DNA from: Patescibacteria group bacterium
Lineage (GTDB): Bacteria > Patescibacteriota > UBA1384 > XYA2-FULL-43-10 > CAINNR01
Assembly (NCBI GenBank): GCA_041651295.1
Contig: JBAZJN010000001.1
Span: 83,662-147,661 of the forward strand
Direction of reading: 5' to 3'
DNA: 64,000 nucleotides
The notes under the pieces: generated by a model
The model's database searches: none
What the model was told of the DNA's origin: nothing
What the model saw: the letters and a program-made list of their open reading frames with translations, nothing else
Position numbers and translations under genes: made by a program
Part shown: positions 1 through 10,469 of the stretch, piece by piece
Layout: the number at the start of each line of letters is the position of its first letter
How positions within the stretch are numbered: position 1 is the stretch's first letter

Positions 1-1
1 G

Positions 2-2338
2 TTTGCGGTTTTTTTTCATCAGTTTAAGAGCCCTCTAGTTTATACTCTGGCGTTGGCATCAATAATATCACTCGTATTCCGAGAATATTCCGATTTTTGG
101 ATCATACTTGCCGTGATTATTATTAACGCATTGATCGGGGCATATCAGGAATATCATGCTGAAAACACTTTTTTGGCATTAAAGAAGATGCTAAAACCAA
201 AAGCCTTGGCGATTAGGGACGGCAAGAGAAAAGAAATATTTGCTTTCGAATTGGTACCGGGGGATATCGTGGTTCTTTCAGCTGGTGATCAAGTTCCTGC
301 GGACGGCAAGCCCCTGGAAGTAACAAATCTCGTCGTTGATGAAAAAATCTTTACCGGCGAGGATGAACCGGTGACCAAGGAATTGGGAGAGAACTCCAAA
401 CTTTTAATGGGGACAAAAGTACTATCGGGTGTCGGAATAATGGAAGTTGTTGGGACAGGAAAAAATACCGAAATCGGGAAAATCAGCCATACACTATCGG
501 AGATTAAAAGAGATGCCACACCATTACAAAAACGCCTGGAGAAATTTGCCAAGAATCTGCTCATCATTATGGTTGTTGTCGCAACTATTATTTTTCTTCT
601 CGGATTGATCCGCGGTGAAGAAATCTGGACAATATTCCGTCTGGCATTAATTTTAGCGGTTGCTTCAATCCCTGAGGGAATACCAATTGCTACGACGGTA
701 ATTATGGCTTTGGGTATGAGACGGATATTAAAACGCAACGGTTTAGTAAAAAATCTGCTATCAGTTGAAACTCTGGGATCAACTTCTGTCATTTGTACTG
801 ACAAAACCGGCACGCTGACTGAGGGAGTAATGGAAGTAGTCCGCACAGACTTTATTGATGAAGAAAAGGCCCATTTATCTATGGTTCTGGCGAATCAGCA
901 GAAAGACGGTCTGGAGATAAGTCTTTGGGAATATGTCAAGACAAAAAGTCCGGTTAAACCCGAGAATCTGTTTGACAAACTGGAAAAAACTTTTGAAGAT
1001 CCGTTTGATAGCGTGAAAAAATACTCTATGGCCGTAGTTCAAAACGGAGATTCGGAAACCGGTTTTATTCTGGGCGCACCGGAGATAGTGCTGGAATACT
1101 GCAAAACCAGCGAAAAAGAAAGCGCAGATATTAGAGCCAAGATCCAAAGTTGGGCCAGAGAGGGACTCAAGGTCGTCGGTGCCGCATATAAGGATCAAGG
1201 CGAAATTAAAAAATTGACAGATTGGAAATGGTTGGGAATTTTAGGCATTGATGACCCGATTCGAGAGGAAGTAAAAGAAACATTAAGTTTGTGCCGTAAA
1301 GCCGGAATCGCAGTAAAAATAGTAACCGGAGATTATAAAGATACTGCAATTGAAGTCGGAAGAAAACTTGGATTTGAGTTTGAAGAAAAAAATGTAGCCG
1401 ACAATAAAGAGCTGGATGCTATGTCCTCGGATGAGCTTGCCAAGAATATCAATGATATTCACATATTTGCCCGAGTCACTCCGGACCAAAAATTAAAGAT
1501 TGTTGAGGCCTTGCAAAAAAATGGCGAAGTTGTAGCTATGACCGGTGACGGCGTAAATGATGTGCTGGCGTTAAAGAAAGCCAACATTGGAGTTGTTGTC
1601 GCAAACGCCACCGACGTGGCGAAAGAGGCTGCCGACTTAGTCCTGCTTGATAGCAATTTCAAAACTATTTATGCCGCTTGCGAAGAAGGCAGGACTATTC
1701 TCTCAAACATTAAAAAGGCTGTCGGATATGCCCTTTCTGATGCCTTTGTCGAGATGATAATTATCTTTTTGGCAGTTTTATTGAACTTTCCTGTTCCAAT
1801 TACTATTGTCATGATTCTCTGGATTAATCTGATTTGCGACGGCCCAAATGACATTTTGCTCGGATTCGAATCAAAGGAGGATGATATCATGGAAATCTCC
1901 CCGAAAGTAATTCAAAAAGAGAGTATTTTTGACCGGCTGATTCTGGCAATTACTGTTACGATCAGTTCCTCCGTGGGAATCCTATCATTAATATATTTCT
2001 GGTATATTCGTAACTCCGGTGGCGACCTAACGTTGGCTAGAACAATAGTATTTACTACAATTGCTCTCGCCAGTTTGGTTTATATTTTCAACTTCAAAAA
2101 TCTGCGAACACCTATCTGGAAAATCAAAAACTTTAGTCAAAATAAATATCTGTTTTGGGGAGTTTCTTCGGGGCTGGTTTTAATTCTGGCAGCAATTTAC
2201 TTGCCGGTTCTGCAAAATGCGTTGGGGACGACACCGCTAAAACTTGCCCATTGGATTCCGGCAATTTTCGTCGGCATAATTTCCGCTCTCTTGGTCGAAA
2301 TCTTAAAATTTTCGCATAAAAATCGCGCTGGTGTTTAG
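2..2338 (+). CDS. P-type cation-transporting ATPase (5' end outside window)
   Basis: Frame open from base 2; DKTGTLTEG phosphorylation motif, TGDGVNDVLALKKANIG hinge motif, several C-terminal TM helices. Confidence 0.92.
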   Translation, partial: FAVFFHQFKSPLVYTLALASIISLVFREYSDFWIILAVIIINALIGAYQEYHAENTFLALKKMLKPKALAIRDGKRKEIFAFELVPGDIVVLSAGDQVPADGKPLEVTNLVVDEKIFTGEDEPVTKELGENSKLLMGTKVLSGVGIMEVVGTGKNTEIGKISHTLSEIKRDATPLQKRLEKFAKNLLIIMVVVATIIFLLGLIRGEEIWTIFRLALILAVASIPEGIPIATTVIMALGMRRILKRNGLVKNLLSVETLGSTSVICTDKTGTLTEGVMEVVRTDFIDEEKAHLSMVLANQQKDGLEISLWEYVKTKSPVKPENLFDKLEKTFEDPFDSVKKYSMAVVQNGDSETGFILGAPEIVLEYCKTSEKESADIRAKIQSWAREGLKVVGAAYKDQGEIKKLTDWKWLGILGIDDPIREEVKETLSLCRKAGIAVKIVTGDYKDTAIEVGRKLGFEFEEKNVADNKELDAMSSDELAKNINDIHIFARVTPDQKLKIVEALQKNGEVVAMTGDGVNDVLALKKANIGVVVANATDVAKEAADLVLLDSNFKTIYAACEEGRTILSNIKKAVGYALSDAFVEMIIIFLAVLLNFPVPITIVMILWINLICDGPNDILLGFESKEDDIMEISPKVIQKESIFDRLILAITVTISSSVGILSLIYFWYIRNSGGDLTLARTIVFTTIALASLVYIFNFKNLRTPIWKIKNFSQNKYLFWGVSSGLVLILAAIYLPVLQNALGTTPLKLAHWIPAIFVGIISALLVEILKFSHKNRAGV

Positions 2339-2388
2339 AATTGTCAAATCTATATCAACCGTACTTTATTGAATAAATGGGAGGAAAA

Positions 2389-3639
2389 ATGAAAAAAATA
2401 GTATTGTTGTCTTTTGTGCTGTCGATGATTTGTGGCTTTTTATTATTCCCGACAACAAAGGCAGAAGCCGGGCTGAATACTACCACTATCAAAGCCAGCT
2501 ATCACAACTGGACCGACTCCGCTTACCCGACTTATGCCCACTACAACGGCCAACCGTACGTGAATGTTGGTTATTCGCCCGGACGAGCATTCCGTTCCTA
2601 TGTCTATTTTAACCTCTCGTCAATCCCAGCCGGATCCACAATCAATTCAGCATCTTTCAACATTTGGTTACAAAATGATTTTTTCCTTATCAATCCTATC
2701 GACCATACCGATTGCTATGGAATACCTTCTGTTCCCGTGCTTGTGGCTGGGCAAGTCTCGGAGTCGTGGAATAGCTCTATGAACTGGAATAATCAGCCAG
2801 GACATGTTGGTTACGCGACTTATGATTTAACACAATTTCCTTGCAACGATCAAGAACGGTTTTATTACATTGGTGTGACCCAAATTGTTAAGAATTGGGT
2901 CGAGAGTGGCCAAGCCAACAATGGATTTAATATTATTGGAACTGAGAGCGGCAGCTCGTGGAGCAGGCGTTTTGCTAGCAGCACTGGAGCAGAAGCGGAA
3001 AAACCGCAGCTTTATATTCAATATACGACTCCTGACGCACCGGCCGATCCTCCATCAGATGAAAGTCTGCCATCTGGAACAACAGGCGCAAACTCTACCA
3101 CCAATGGCAATGCGGCGGCGACCACACCAACAGTGAACCCAAACCTTAAGACTACTGATAGCTCAATTGCGACGCCAACACTAACCTATGTCACAGTTGG
3201 AAGTGCTAGATCAGAAGCGCCAGTTACAAGTGATTTACCGATAATTGTTGGAGATAGTTTAATCGTCGGTGGCAAAGCAACAAAAGGACTTACAATTTCT
3301 TTAGCAATCGGCGATAAAGTTTTTAGCGGTGTAGTTGATGATGCCGGTAATTGGGAAATTGTCGTTGATACCAGCGCTTTTGTGCCCGGCATAGTTAAGG
3401 CTAAAGCTCAAGCTCAAGATCTGAAAAAAAATAAAGGCAGTGCGGAGGCCGAGCTCTTTGGCTTGTCGGTGTCTGCCAAGACAGTGGTAGCAGAAACAAA
3501 GGAAGCAGCTAAAACAGAGACCAAGAAAATGGGCTGGAAAGACTGGCTTATTCTTGCCGGTCTTGTTTTAGGATTAATTCTTGCTGTACTAGCGCTGATT
3601 TTTCGCAAAAAGATATTTAAAATATTCCAAAAGCCCTAA
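2389..3639 (+). CDS. cell-surface protein, possible DNRLRE/CBM96-like domain, C-terminal TM anchor
   Basis: GGGAGG SD before ATG 2389; signal peptide MKKIVLLSFVLSMICGF; RSYVYFNLSSIPAGSTINSASFNIWL resembles DNRLRE-type domains; Thr/Pro linker; C-terminal TM helix. Confidence 0.6.
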   Translation: MKKIVLLSFVLSMICGFLLFPTTKAEAGLNTTTIKASYHNWTDSAYPTYAHYNGQPYVNVGYSPGRAFRSYVYFNLSSIPAGSTINSASFNIWLQNDFFLINPIDHTDCYGIPSVPVLVAGQVSESWNSSMNWNNQPGHVGYATYDLTQFPCNDQERFYYIGVTQIVKNWVESGQANNGFNIIGTESGSSWSRRFASSTGAEAEKPQLYIQYTTPDAPADPPSDESLPSGTTGANSTTNGNAAATTPTVNPNLKTTDSSIATPTLTYVTVGSARSEAPVTSDLPIIVGDSLIVGGKATKGLTISLAIGDKVFSGVVDDAGNWEIVVDTSAFVPGIVKAKAQAQDLKKNKGSAEAELFGLSVSAKTVVAETKEAAKTETKKMGWKDWLILAGLVLGLILAVLALIFRKKIFKIFQKP

Positions 3640-3729
3640 AATCAAGTCCAACAGTAGAAGTTTCAATTAGCTATAGTTTTTTATGCTAGAATATTGATAA
3701 ATAGATTCGAACTAATTTAGGAGGGGAAA

Positions 3730-4281
3730 ATGGAATTTGTAAATGATCCAAGAAAAGCAAAAATTGCGTTTGTGGTGGTTTTGTTGCTGGCAATCGTTTT
3801 CTTTTTGGCTAGTGGAGCTTTGGGTTATCTCTACTGGCACAAACTCGATGATCGCAATAATTTAGCTGCTTCAAAACAACAAGTTGAAGAAAGCTTGAGT
3901 GCAACACTGAAGACCGCTGAGAATAATTTGACCGCCGCCAATAAAGAGATCGCCGATTTGCAGGCGTCAACTGATTCATCTGGCCAAAGCATAAGTTCCC
4001 TGCAAAAACAAATTGCTGACTACAAAGCTGGTCTAGCAAAAATTACCGCTTATAAGGAGTTTTTGAAATATTACAATTCGGTTATCGAAACACATAATGG
4101 GTATACTGGCTGGACCGATGCTGAGTTTCAGGTTGGGAAGACTAAAGCCGAGGCAACCGGTGACGCCAGTTTCGTTTCAACGGTTAATTGGGCCTGGTAT
4201 GAAACCAGCGTTGATGTTGCAACTAGAATAATTAGAGTCAACAAAGAAATCGTTTCAGGAATTGAAAGTGGAATAAAATAG
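3730..4281 (+). CDS. membrane-anchored coiled-coil protein, unknown function
   Basis: AGGAGGGG SD; N-terminal TM helix then heptad-like region; no recognised motif. Confidence 0.6.
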   Translation: MEFVNDPRKAKIAFVVVLLLAIVFFLASGALGYLYWHKLDDRNNLAASKQQVEESLSATLKTAENNLTAANKEIADLQASTDSSGQSISSLQKQIADYKAGLAKITAYKEFLKYYNSVIETHNGYTGWTDAEFQVGKTKAEATGDASFVSTVNWAWYETSVDVATRIIRVNKEIVSGIESGIK

Positions 4282-4467
4282 TACTATTCAAACCTCAATA
4301 TCTACGGTCTCACCAACACCGGGTGGATTATCTTTTGGTCTAGCTTGGACTGGTTTAACATCTTCGATTGGCTCCATACTGTTAGGTATTGGCGGGTTTT
4401 TAGCTTACGATTGTCAAGTGATTGGATATCCACTACCGATCCAGCTGGTGAAATTTTTTCTGACACT

Positions 4468-5577
<1,110 letters not shown>

Positions 5578-5669
5578 TGGACTCCTTTGGAGTGAATTCA
5601 AAGATACAAGAAACAATTCACAAACTTTTTTGATTTCAAATTTGTTTGGAACTTGTATCTTGTTACTTG

Positions 5670-7397
5670 TTACTTTTCCTTCATAATAGCAGACTGAAGC
5701 TCTTTCATCAAGATTTTAAGTTTCTCTCTATTGCCATCGCTCTCAGCCTCAGCAATCTTTTTAGCGTAATCGTCTTTGATTTTTTCTTTCCTTTTGTCGG
5801 TAAAATCTCTAATTAAGGCATCAAATTCCCGCTCTAAAATCATCTCTTCCTGAAAATCCAAATCTTTTGTTGCCGAAATATCATATAGATCGAGCTTATT
5901 TTTCAAATCAACCGGCAGGTTTTTGATATCGAGGTTCTTTCTGATTGCTAAAAAAAGTTCACTAGTTGTCTGATCTTGAAACTCCGGGTTCAAACCCTGG
6001 GGGATTCTGGCTGACAATTTCGGCTGATGCCAGAGAAGACCTGCCAATTTCTGTTCCGAAGATAGATCTGCAATTTTTTGCTCGGAATAATCTTTCTGCT
6101 GGGCCGAGTTACTCTTTGTTTTGCCTAATTGTTCAGTAATAGTTTGTTCGGATAGTGCCAGTTTCTTAGCTAAATATTTTATATAATACTCTTTTTCAAT
6201 TTCATTGCTGGCAATTTTTATTACCGGCAAAATTTCTTTTGAAATTTTTTTCTTGGCTGAAACATCATCACCTAATTCCAAAATTAAGCCATCGATCCAC
6301 CATTGCAATCCTGGCTTGGCATTTTTGACCGCGATTTCAAAGTTTTTCGGATCAGATTTAATTGCCTCATCAGGGTCTTTAAAGCCGGTCAAAGTTAAAA
6401 CCTTGGCGTTGATATCATTCTGCAGCGATAACGTGATTGCTCTTTTTAGCGCAGTTTTGCCGGCAGTGTCTGAATCAAAGGCAAAAATAATATCGGGGCT
6501 ATACCGTGCAAGAATTGCCAGCTGATCCATAGTCAATGCTGTGCCGGAAACCGCAACAACATTGTGAAATCCTGCTTCGTGGGCGGCTATTACGTCCATC
6601 TGCCCCTCGACCATAATTGATTTTCCTTGAGATCGGATGTCAATTCGGGCGCGGTCTAAGCCATATATTGTTTTGCCTTTTGTGTAGATCGGTGATTCTG
6701 CACTATTAACATATTTGGCTGCTTTCGGATCATCTTCTAAAATCCGACCGGTGAAAGCAACTACCTGACCTGAAATATTATAGATCGGGAACATAATCCG
6801 TCCGCGGAAACGGTCCCAATATCTTCCCTTTTCGCCCAAAACCAATAGCCCGGCTTTAAATATTTCTTTTTCATTGAAACCTTTTACTGAAATAAACTTG
6901 ATTAAAAGATCCCAAGACCTAGGCGCATAACCCAAGTTCCAATTTTCAATTGTTTTTTCGTCAATTCCTCGATTTTTTAAATATTTCCTGGCATGTTCGG
7001 CTTTAGGGTGGTCGGTTAAAATTTTGTGATAAAGTTTGGAAGCTAGCTCGTTAATTTCGAAAATACGAGATTTCTCAGTTGGCGCGATGGTTTTACCGCT
7101 ATAAGTCAAATTCTCTTTATGTTTTAATTCAACCCCGACTTTTCCGGCCAGAAGTTTCAGGGAATCATAAAAATCCATCCCTTCAATTTCTTCAATGAAA
7201 GTAAAAGCATCGCCGCCCTTGCCACAGCCAAAACACTTAAAAGTCTGACGCTCGGCTGAAACCATAAAAGAAGGCGTTTTTTCATTGTGAAAAGGGCAAA
7301 GACCTTTATAGTTTACGCCGGCCTTCTTTAATGTCAGGTAACCGCCGATCAGATCGACGATATCAATCTTGTCTTTTATTTCTTCAACTTCGTTCAT
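5670..7397 (-). CDS. dnaG: DNA primase DnaG
   Basis: Zinc finger [39 protein letters not shown]; sits upstream of rpoD as in the classical operon. Confidence 0.93.
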   Translation of the reverse strand: MNEVEEIKDKIDIVDLIGGYLTLKKAGVNYKGLCPFHNEKTPSFMVSAERQTFKCFGCGKGGDAFTFIEEIEGMDFYDSLKLLAGKVGVELKHKENLTYSGKTIAPTEKSRIFEINELASKLYHKILTDHPKAEHARKYLKNRGIDEKTIENWNLGYAPRSWDLLIKFISVKGFNEKEIFKAGLLVLGEKGRYWDRFRGRIMFPIYNISGQVVAFTGRILEDDPKAAKYVNSAESPIYTKGKTIYGLDRARIDIRSQGKSIMVEGQMDVIAAHEAGFHNVVAVSGTALTMDQLAILARYSPDIIFAFDSDTAGKTALKRAITLSLQNDINAKVLTLTGFKDPDEAIKSDPKNFEIAVKNAKPGLQWWIDGLILELGDDVSAKKKISKEILPVIKIASNEIEKEYYIKYLAKKLALSEQTITEQLGKTKSNSAQQKDYSEQKIADLSSEQKLAGLLWHQPKLSARIPQGLNPEFQDQTTSELFLAIRKNLDIKNLPVDLKNKLDLYDISATKDLDFQEEMILEREFDALIRDFTDKRKEKIKDDYAKKIAEAESDGNREKLKILMKELQSAIMKEK

Positions 7398-7448
7398 CGT
7401 TTTGATAATACCATAATATTTACAAACAATGTCGAATAAATTCGAGAC

Positions 7449-7479
7449 AAAAAACGGCCCGCCACATCGGCGTTCCGTG
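7449..7479 (-). terminator. intrinsic terminator of GC-rich cassette A
   Basis: Imperfect GC hairpin ACGGCCCGCC/GGCGTTCCGT followed by a T-run on the minus strand. Confidence 0.45.
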
Positions 7480-7602
7480 CTCTTGGTTTTTCCAACCCCT
7501 CTCGCTTGTGTTACCTCTCCGGCGGTGGTGACGTGACCCCTGACAGTGCGTCAGCGACAGCCGACATCAAGTATTCGGCGGGCGGGATGCCGATCAGTCG
7601 AT

Positions 7603-7779
7603 TCACGGCTGTCCGTCGAAGTAGATGATGATGTTGTAGTCGCCGCTGACACGGAAGTAGCCGATATAGCGCGACGCAGCTGACTTCGACATCCAGACAA
7701 CCGCGCAATTCGGGTGTCGAGCGATGAAATCAGCTAGCTCTACCCCTGCAACCTCCGAAAAACCGCCCTTTGAACTCAT
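7603..7779 (-). CDS. orphan small protein, 58 aa (cassette A, third ORF)
   Basis: Hand-translated MSSKGGFSEVAGVELADFIARHPNCAVVWMSKSAASRYIGYFRVSGDYNIIIYFDGQP; GGGGTGA SD 4 nt before ATG; below the ORF-track size cutoff. Confidence 0.4.
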   Translation of the reverse strand: MSSKGGFSEVAGVELADFIARHPNCAVVWMSKSAASRYIGYFRVSGDYNIIIYFDGQP

Positions 7780-7783
7780 GTTG

Positions 7784-7972
7784 TCACCCCAGTTCGTGAG
7801 CCATCTGGCTCAATGCGTTGTTTAGCGCGTCACTGATGAATTGCTTCACCTCCGGCAAGAAGGCGACAACCAATGTGACGATGGCTAGGAATATCACAAG
7901 GCAACTGATCTCGATCCGCTCCTCTCCTCTATTCCGACTCGCAGTCTGGTTATCCGTTACACCGTCACGCAT
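7784..7972 (-). CDS. orphan small membrane protein, 62 aa (cassette A, second ORF)
   Basis: GGGAGG SD 8 nt before ATG 7972; TM helix ISCLVIFLAIVTLVVAFL; GC-rich. Confidence 0.45.
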   Translation of the reverse strand: MRDGVTDNQTASRNRGEERIEISCLVIFLAIVTLVVAFLPEVKQFISDALNNALSQMAHELG

Positions 7973-7985
7973 ACCAGGACCTCCC

Positions 7986-8114
7986 TCAAAAGATGTCGGG
8001 TATCCGGACATTGAAGTCGGAATCGAACCATCGGACTATGGTGCCTAACCCACAGCCGGACTTGGGCGGCTGCAGTTCGCGGCTCTGACCATTATCAGCC
8101 ATGGGAGACATCAT
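7986..8114 (-). CDS. possible 42-aa ORF (cassette A, first ORF)
   Basis: AAAGGGGA then ATGATG; MMSPMADNGQSRELQPPKSGCGLGTIVRWFDSDFNVRIPDIF; weak support. Confidence 0.25.
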   Translation of the reverse strand: MMSPMADNGQSRELQPPKSGCGLGTIVRWFDSDFNVRIPDIF

Positions 8115-8129
8115 CCCCTTTCTGCCGCA

Positions 8130-8158
8130 AGTATAGTACAATATGTTGTTTTTATCAA
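8130..8158 (-). promoter_or_regulatory. sigma70-type promoter of cassette A
   Basis: TTGATA-17-TATACT on the minus strand. Confidence 0.45.
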
Positions 8159-8207
8159 TACCCAACCGGTATTTATTGCCTTACCCGGTAAGACCTCATT
8201 GAAATAG

Positions 8208-8891
8208 TTATCTATCCGAACCGGTAGCCGGTAATACCTGAACGGCAGGTGTTGTCTGCGGTACCACCGGAGGATTTGAAACCAGCATACGCACTTGGGT
8301 CGTTGCCTGATAATCTGCATACGCTCGCGGAAACAATAACTTTTCCCACCAAGCGATAAAAATATCGGCTCCGGTAATAGTTACCGTAGCTAAAATTACA
8401 GTTTGATCAGCGGTTCCAGCGGCGATTCTGCCAGTCATCCCTCCGCTCTGAAAACCCGTCGCGTCAGTTGTGCCATTATCAACTCCATCAAGATAAAATG
8501 ACAAGGTTCCGGCATTCATATCAGGCAATCCGCTAAGTCCATAAAATAATATGGCATCGCCGTCTAAGTCATCTGTACTGCCAGAATCAAAAGCGCTGAG
8601 CGCATCCATGCCCGCCGGATTGGTGTAAACACCGGAATATGCAATATTTATCGCAGGGGTATCACCGGTATCCCAGGTTTTTAGGCGGAAATAAACTGTG
8701 TCTCCCGGCGAAACAGTCAGGGTTTGATTGCCAGAATCAGTTTCTGCCAGATAATTGACCCAAGTTGAGTTGTCTTTTGAAACTTCAAGCCGAGTCAACA
8801 ATGTAGCACCGCCGCTAATAAAACCAGCCGACGCAATACTCGGAAACACAGAGAAAACTACTGCCAATAATGCAATAACAACTTTTTTCAT
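8208..8891 (-). CDS. secreted protein, unknown function
   Basis: Signal peptide MKKVVIALLAVVFSVFPSIASA; beta-rich, Thr/Gly-rich body; no recognised motif. Confidence 0.6.
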   Translation of the reverse strand: MKKVVIALLAVVFSVFPSIASAGFISGGATLLTRLEVSKDNSTWVNYLAETDSGNQTLTVSPGDTVYFRLKTWDTGDTPAINIAYSGVYTNPAGMDALSAFDSGSTDDLDGDAILFYGLSGLPDMNAGTLSFYLDGVDNGTTDATGFQSGGMTGRIAAGTADQTVILATVTITGADIFIAWWEKLLFPRAYADYQATTQVRMLVSNPPVVPQTTPAVQVLPATGSDR

Positions 8892-9141
8892 TGTACCCCC
8901 AAATTAATGATTCTTACGAGTATTATATCATAATAACTAGAATCTTTTCTTGTCCCGTTTCACTACTTTAGCTAGGCTTTTTTCTGCTGCTTTATCAAGA
9001 TCAATTTTGTTCGAATTGGCAAAACAAATGAGCGTATAGAGAATATCACCGATTTCCAGTTCCAAATCTTGTTCGGCTTCACTGGATTTCTTTTTCTTCG
9101 GCCCCCAAATGTGATTAACCAGACGGGCAAACTCACCCGTC

Positions 9142-9399
9142 TCATTTCCCTGTTAAATACGACTTGAGCCGCTTGTACAAAAAAAGTTTACCATGATAAG
9201 TTTTAAGATATTTTTCACGTTTAAGAGCATCACTTCGATTTAAACACGCTTCAGAATAGATTAACTTGAGAGGTCGGCGATCCTTAGTTGAGTCAACTCG
9301 CCCTTTAGTATGTAGATCAAGTCGTGATTTCAAATTATTTGTATAACCTGTATAAAATTGACTATCTAGCTTTGATTGTAGAACATAAATATAGAACAT
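9142..9399 (-). CDS. GIY-YIG nuclease domain protein (85 aa)
   Basis: MFYIYVLQS..FYTGYTNNLKSRLDLH..REKYLK matches the GIY-YIG/URI pattern. Confidence 0.8.
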   Translation of the reverse strand: MFYIYVLQSKLDSQFYTGYTNNLKSRLDLHTKGRVDSTKDRRPLKLIYSEACLNRSDALKREKYLKTYHGKLFLYKRLKSYLTGK

Positions 9400-9427
9400 C
9401 TTTTTGAAATCATTTAACAGGGTGAAC
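9144..9427 (-). mobile_element. minimal GIY-YIG element bounded by 11-bp inverted repeats
   Basis: CCCTGTTAAAT (9148-9158) and ATTTAACAGGG (9412-9422) flank an insert of about 280 bp that carries only the GIY-YIG ORF. Confidence 0.5.
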
Positions 9428-9513
9428 CATTAGCCGGACCATCATTTCATGCGGAGTCCAATACTCCCATTTTTGTGCCTTCATCCATTTGTCGAGTTCT
9501 TTTTGCTGCTTGT

Positions 9514-10119
9514 TCATAGTTCTCCTAGAAAATTTACTAATCTCTTATAATTTTTGTAAATGTGTCCTTGACCACCTTTTTGTTCGAATAATTCGATAGT
9601 TTTTGCAGAATCATCAATTAATAAACTGCTCTCAATATTCGAGGCCAATTTCTCTAAAACAATGTCGAATAACATACCGTCTTCATCATCTTTGTTAAGT
9701 TTGTAATCTGCCGAATTTACAATTAAGTCAAACTTTTCATTCAATTTATAATTTGGAACAGTGATCTCTGAAAAAACATCCATGTTGCCAGTCACAATCG
9801 CAACTTTGCTGCCAGATTCTCGAAATGATTCTGCCAAATTGAGTAATCTTCGATCTAATTTCATCAATCGAACACTCTCTTTATATAATTCAGTAAGTGT
9901 TTTGATACCGATATTATTATTCTTAGCAATAAGCTGGTTTATATCCTTAGACGTAACTTCACCATGCATCCATTTATTAACTAATTCGTGATCGGCAAAG
10001 ATGTTTTTCTGTATCCAATCATAAACCTTCAGGTAATCCTGCAATAAAGTTTTTTCATAAAATCTGTCGTGGCAAAGCACACCATCAAAATCAAAAAGAA
10101 TAGTATCTATTTTTTCCAT
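9514..10119 (-). CDS. HAD-superfamily hydrolase
   Basis: ILFDFDGVL motif I and GNMD/DD motifs; stop overlaps the MazG start (ATGA). Confidence 0.75.
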   Translation of the reverse strand: MEKIDTILFDFDGVLCHDRFYEKTLLQDYLKVYDWIQKNIFADHELVNKWMHGEVTSKDINQLIAKNNNIGIKTLTELYKESVRLMKLDRRLLNLAESFRESGSKVAIVTGNMDVFSEITVPNYKLNEKFDLIVNSADYKLNKDDEDGMLFDIVLEKLASNIESSLLIDDSAKTIELFEQKGGQGHIYKNYKRLVNFLGEL

Positions 10120-10469
10120 TTAATATATTCAACTTTATTATCTGGATCCATTAAATCAAATTTAATAATTTTAACTTGTGTGTTTTCATCTACCTGGTCG
10201 CCATAATATCCGCGATAAGTTTTTAGCATTTCTTCTGGAGACGAATACGTTTCGTGAGTTTCAAAATCGTTGGGCTCAATTTCAGCAAAAGTTTTTTCTT
10301 TGATCTCAACAATCTTTGCCCCAGCAAATTGCTCACCCGACTCGGCGTTGGTAAATTCCAATTGATCGCCAACTAATAAATTCTTATCGTCAAAAAGTCG
10401 CCAAGTTGAGGTTTTCTCACCAGACAAAATTTTATCAACCAAGTTCGCCGCAAATTTTAGTTTTTTCAT
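10107..10469 (-). CDS. ASCH (PUA-like) domain protein
   Basis: N-terminal KILSGEKTSTWRL pattern typical of ASCH domains; overlaps both neighbours. Confidence 0.5.
   Translation of the reverse strand: MKKLKFAANLVDKILSGEKTSTWRLFDDKNLLVGDQLEFTNAESGEQFAGAKIVEIKEKTFAEIEPNDFETHETYSSPEEMLKTYRGYYGDQVDENTQVKIIKFDLMDPDNKVEYIKWKK

Larger units (their letters stand above)
8937..9517 (-). pseudogene. MazG/YpjD-like NTP pyrophosphohydrolase split by a GIY-YIG element
   Basis: N-part 9517-9410 (MNKQQKELDKWMKAQKWEYWTPHEMMVRLM..stop). C-part resumes near 9143 (ETGEFARLVNHIWGPKKKK..EIGDILYTLICFANSNKIDLDKAAEK..). Together they resemble one small MazG domain. Confidence 0.6.

Noticed and set aside
289-1890. 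Antisense ORFs inside the P-type ATPase gene (289-846, 875-1198, 1283-1489, 1459-1662, 1669-1890)
   Set aside because: They lie fully within a well-supported CDS on the opposite strand, and they have no SD and no recognisable motifs.
4282-4467. 29-aa ORF (MEPIEDVKPVQARPKDNPPGVGETVDIEV) downstream of rpoD on the minus strand
   Set aside because: It has no convincing SD or promoter, and it is too short to evaluate without comparative data.
8010-8050. tRNA-like T-arm string GGTTCGATTCC on the minus strand within cassette A
   Set aside because: I could not build an acceptor stem, D-arm or anticodon arm around it, and the putative T-stem has a mismatch. It may be chance or a very degenerate tRNA fragment.
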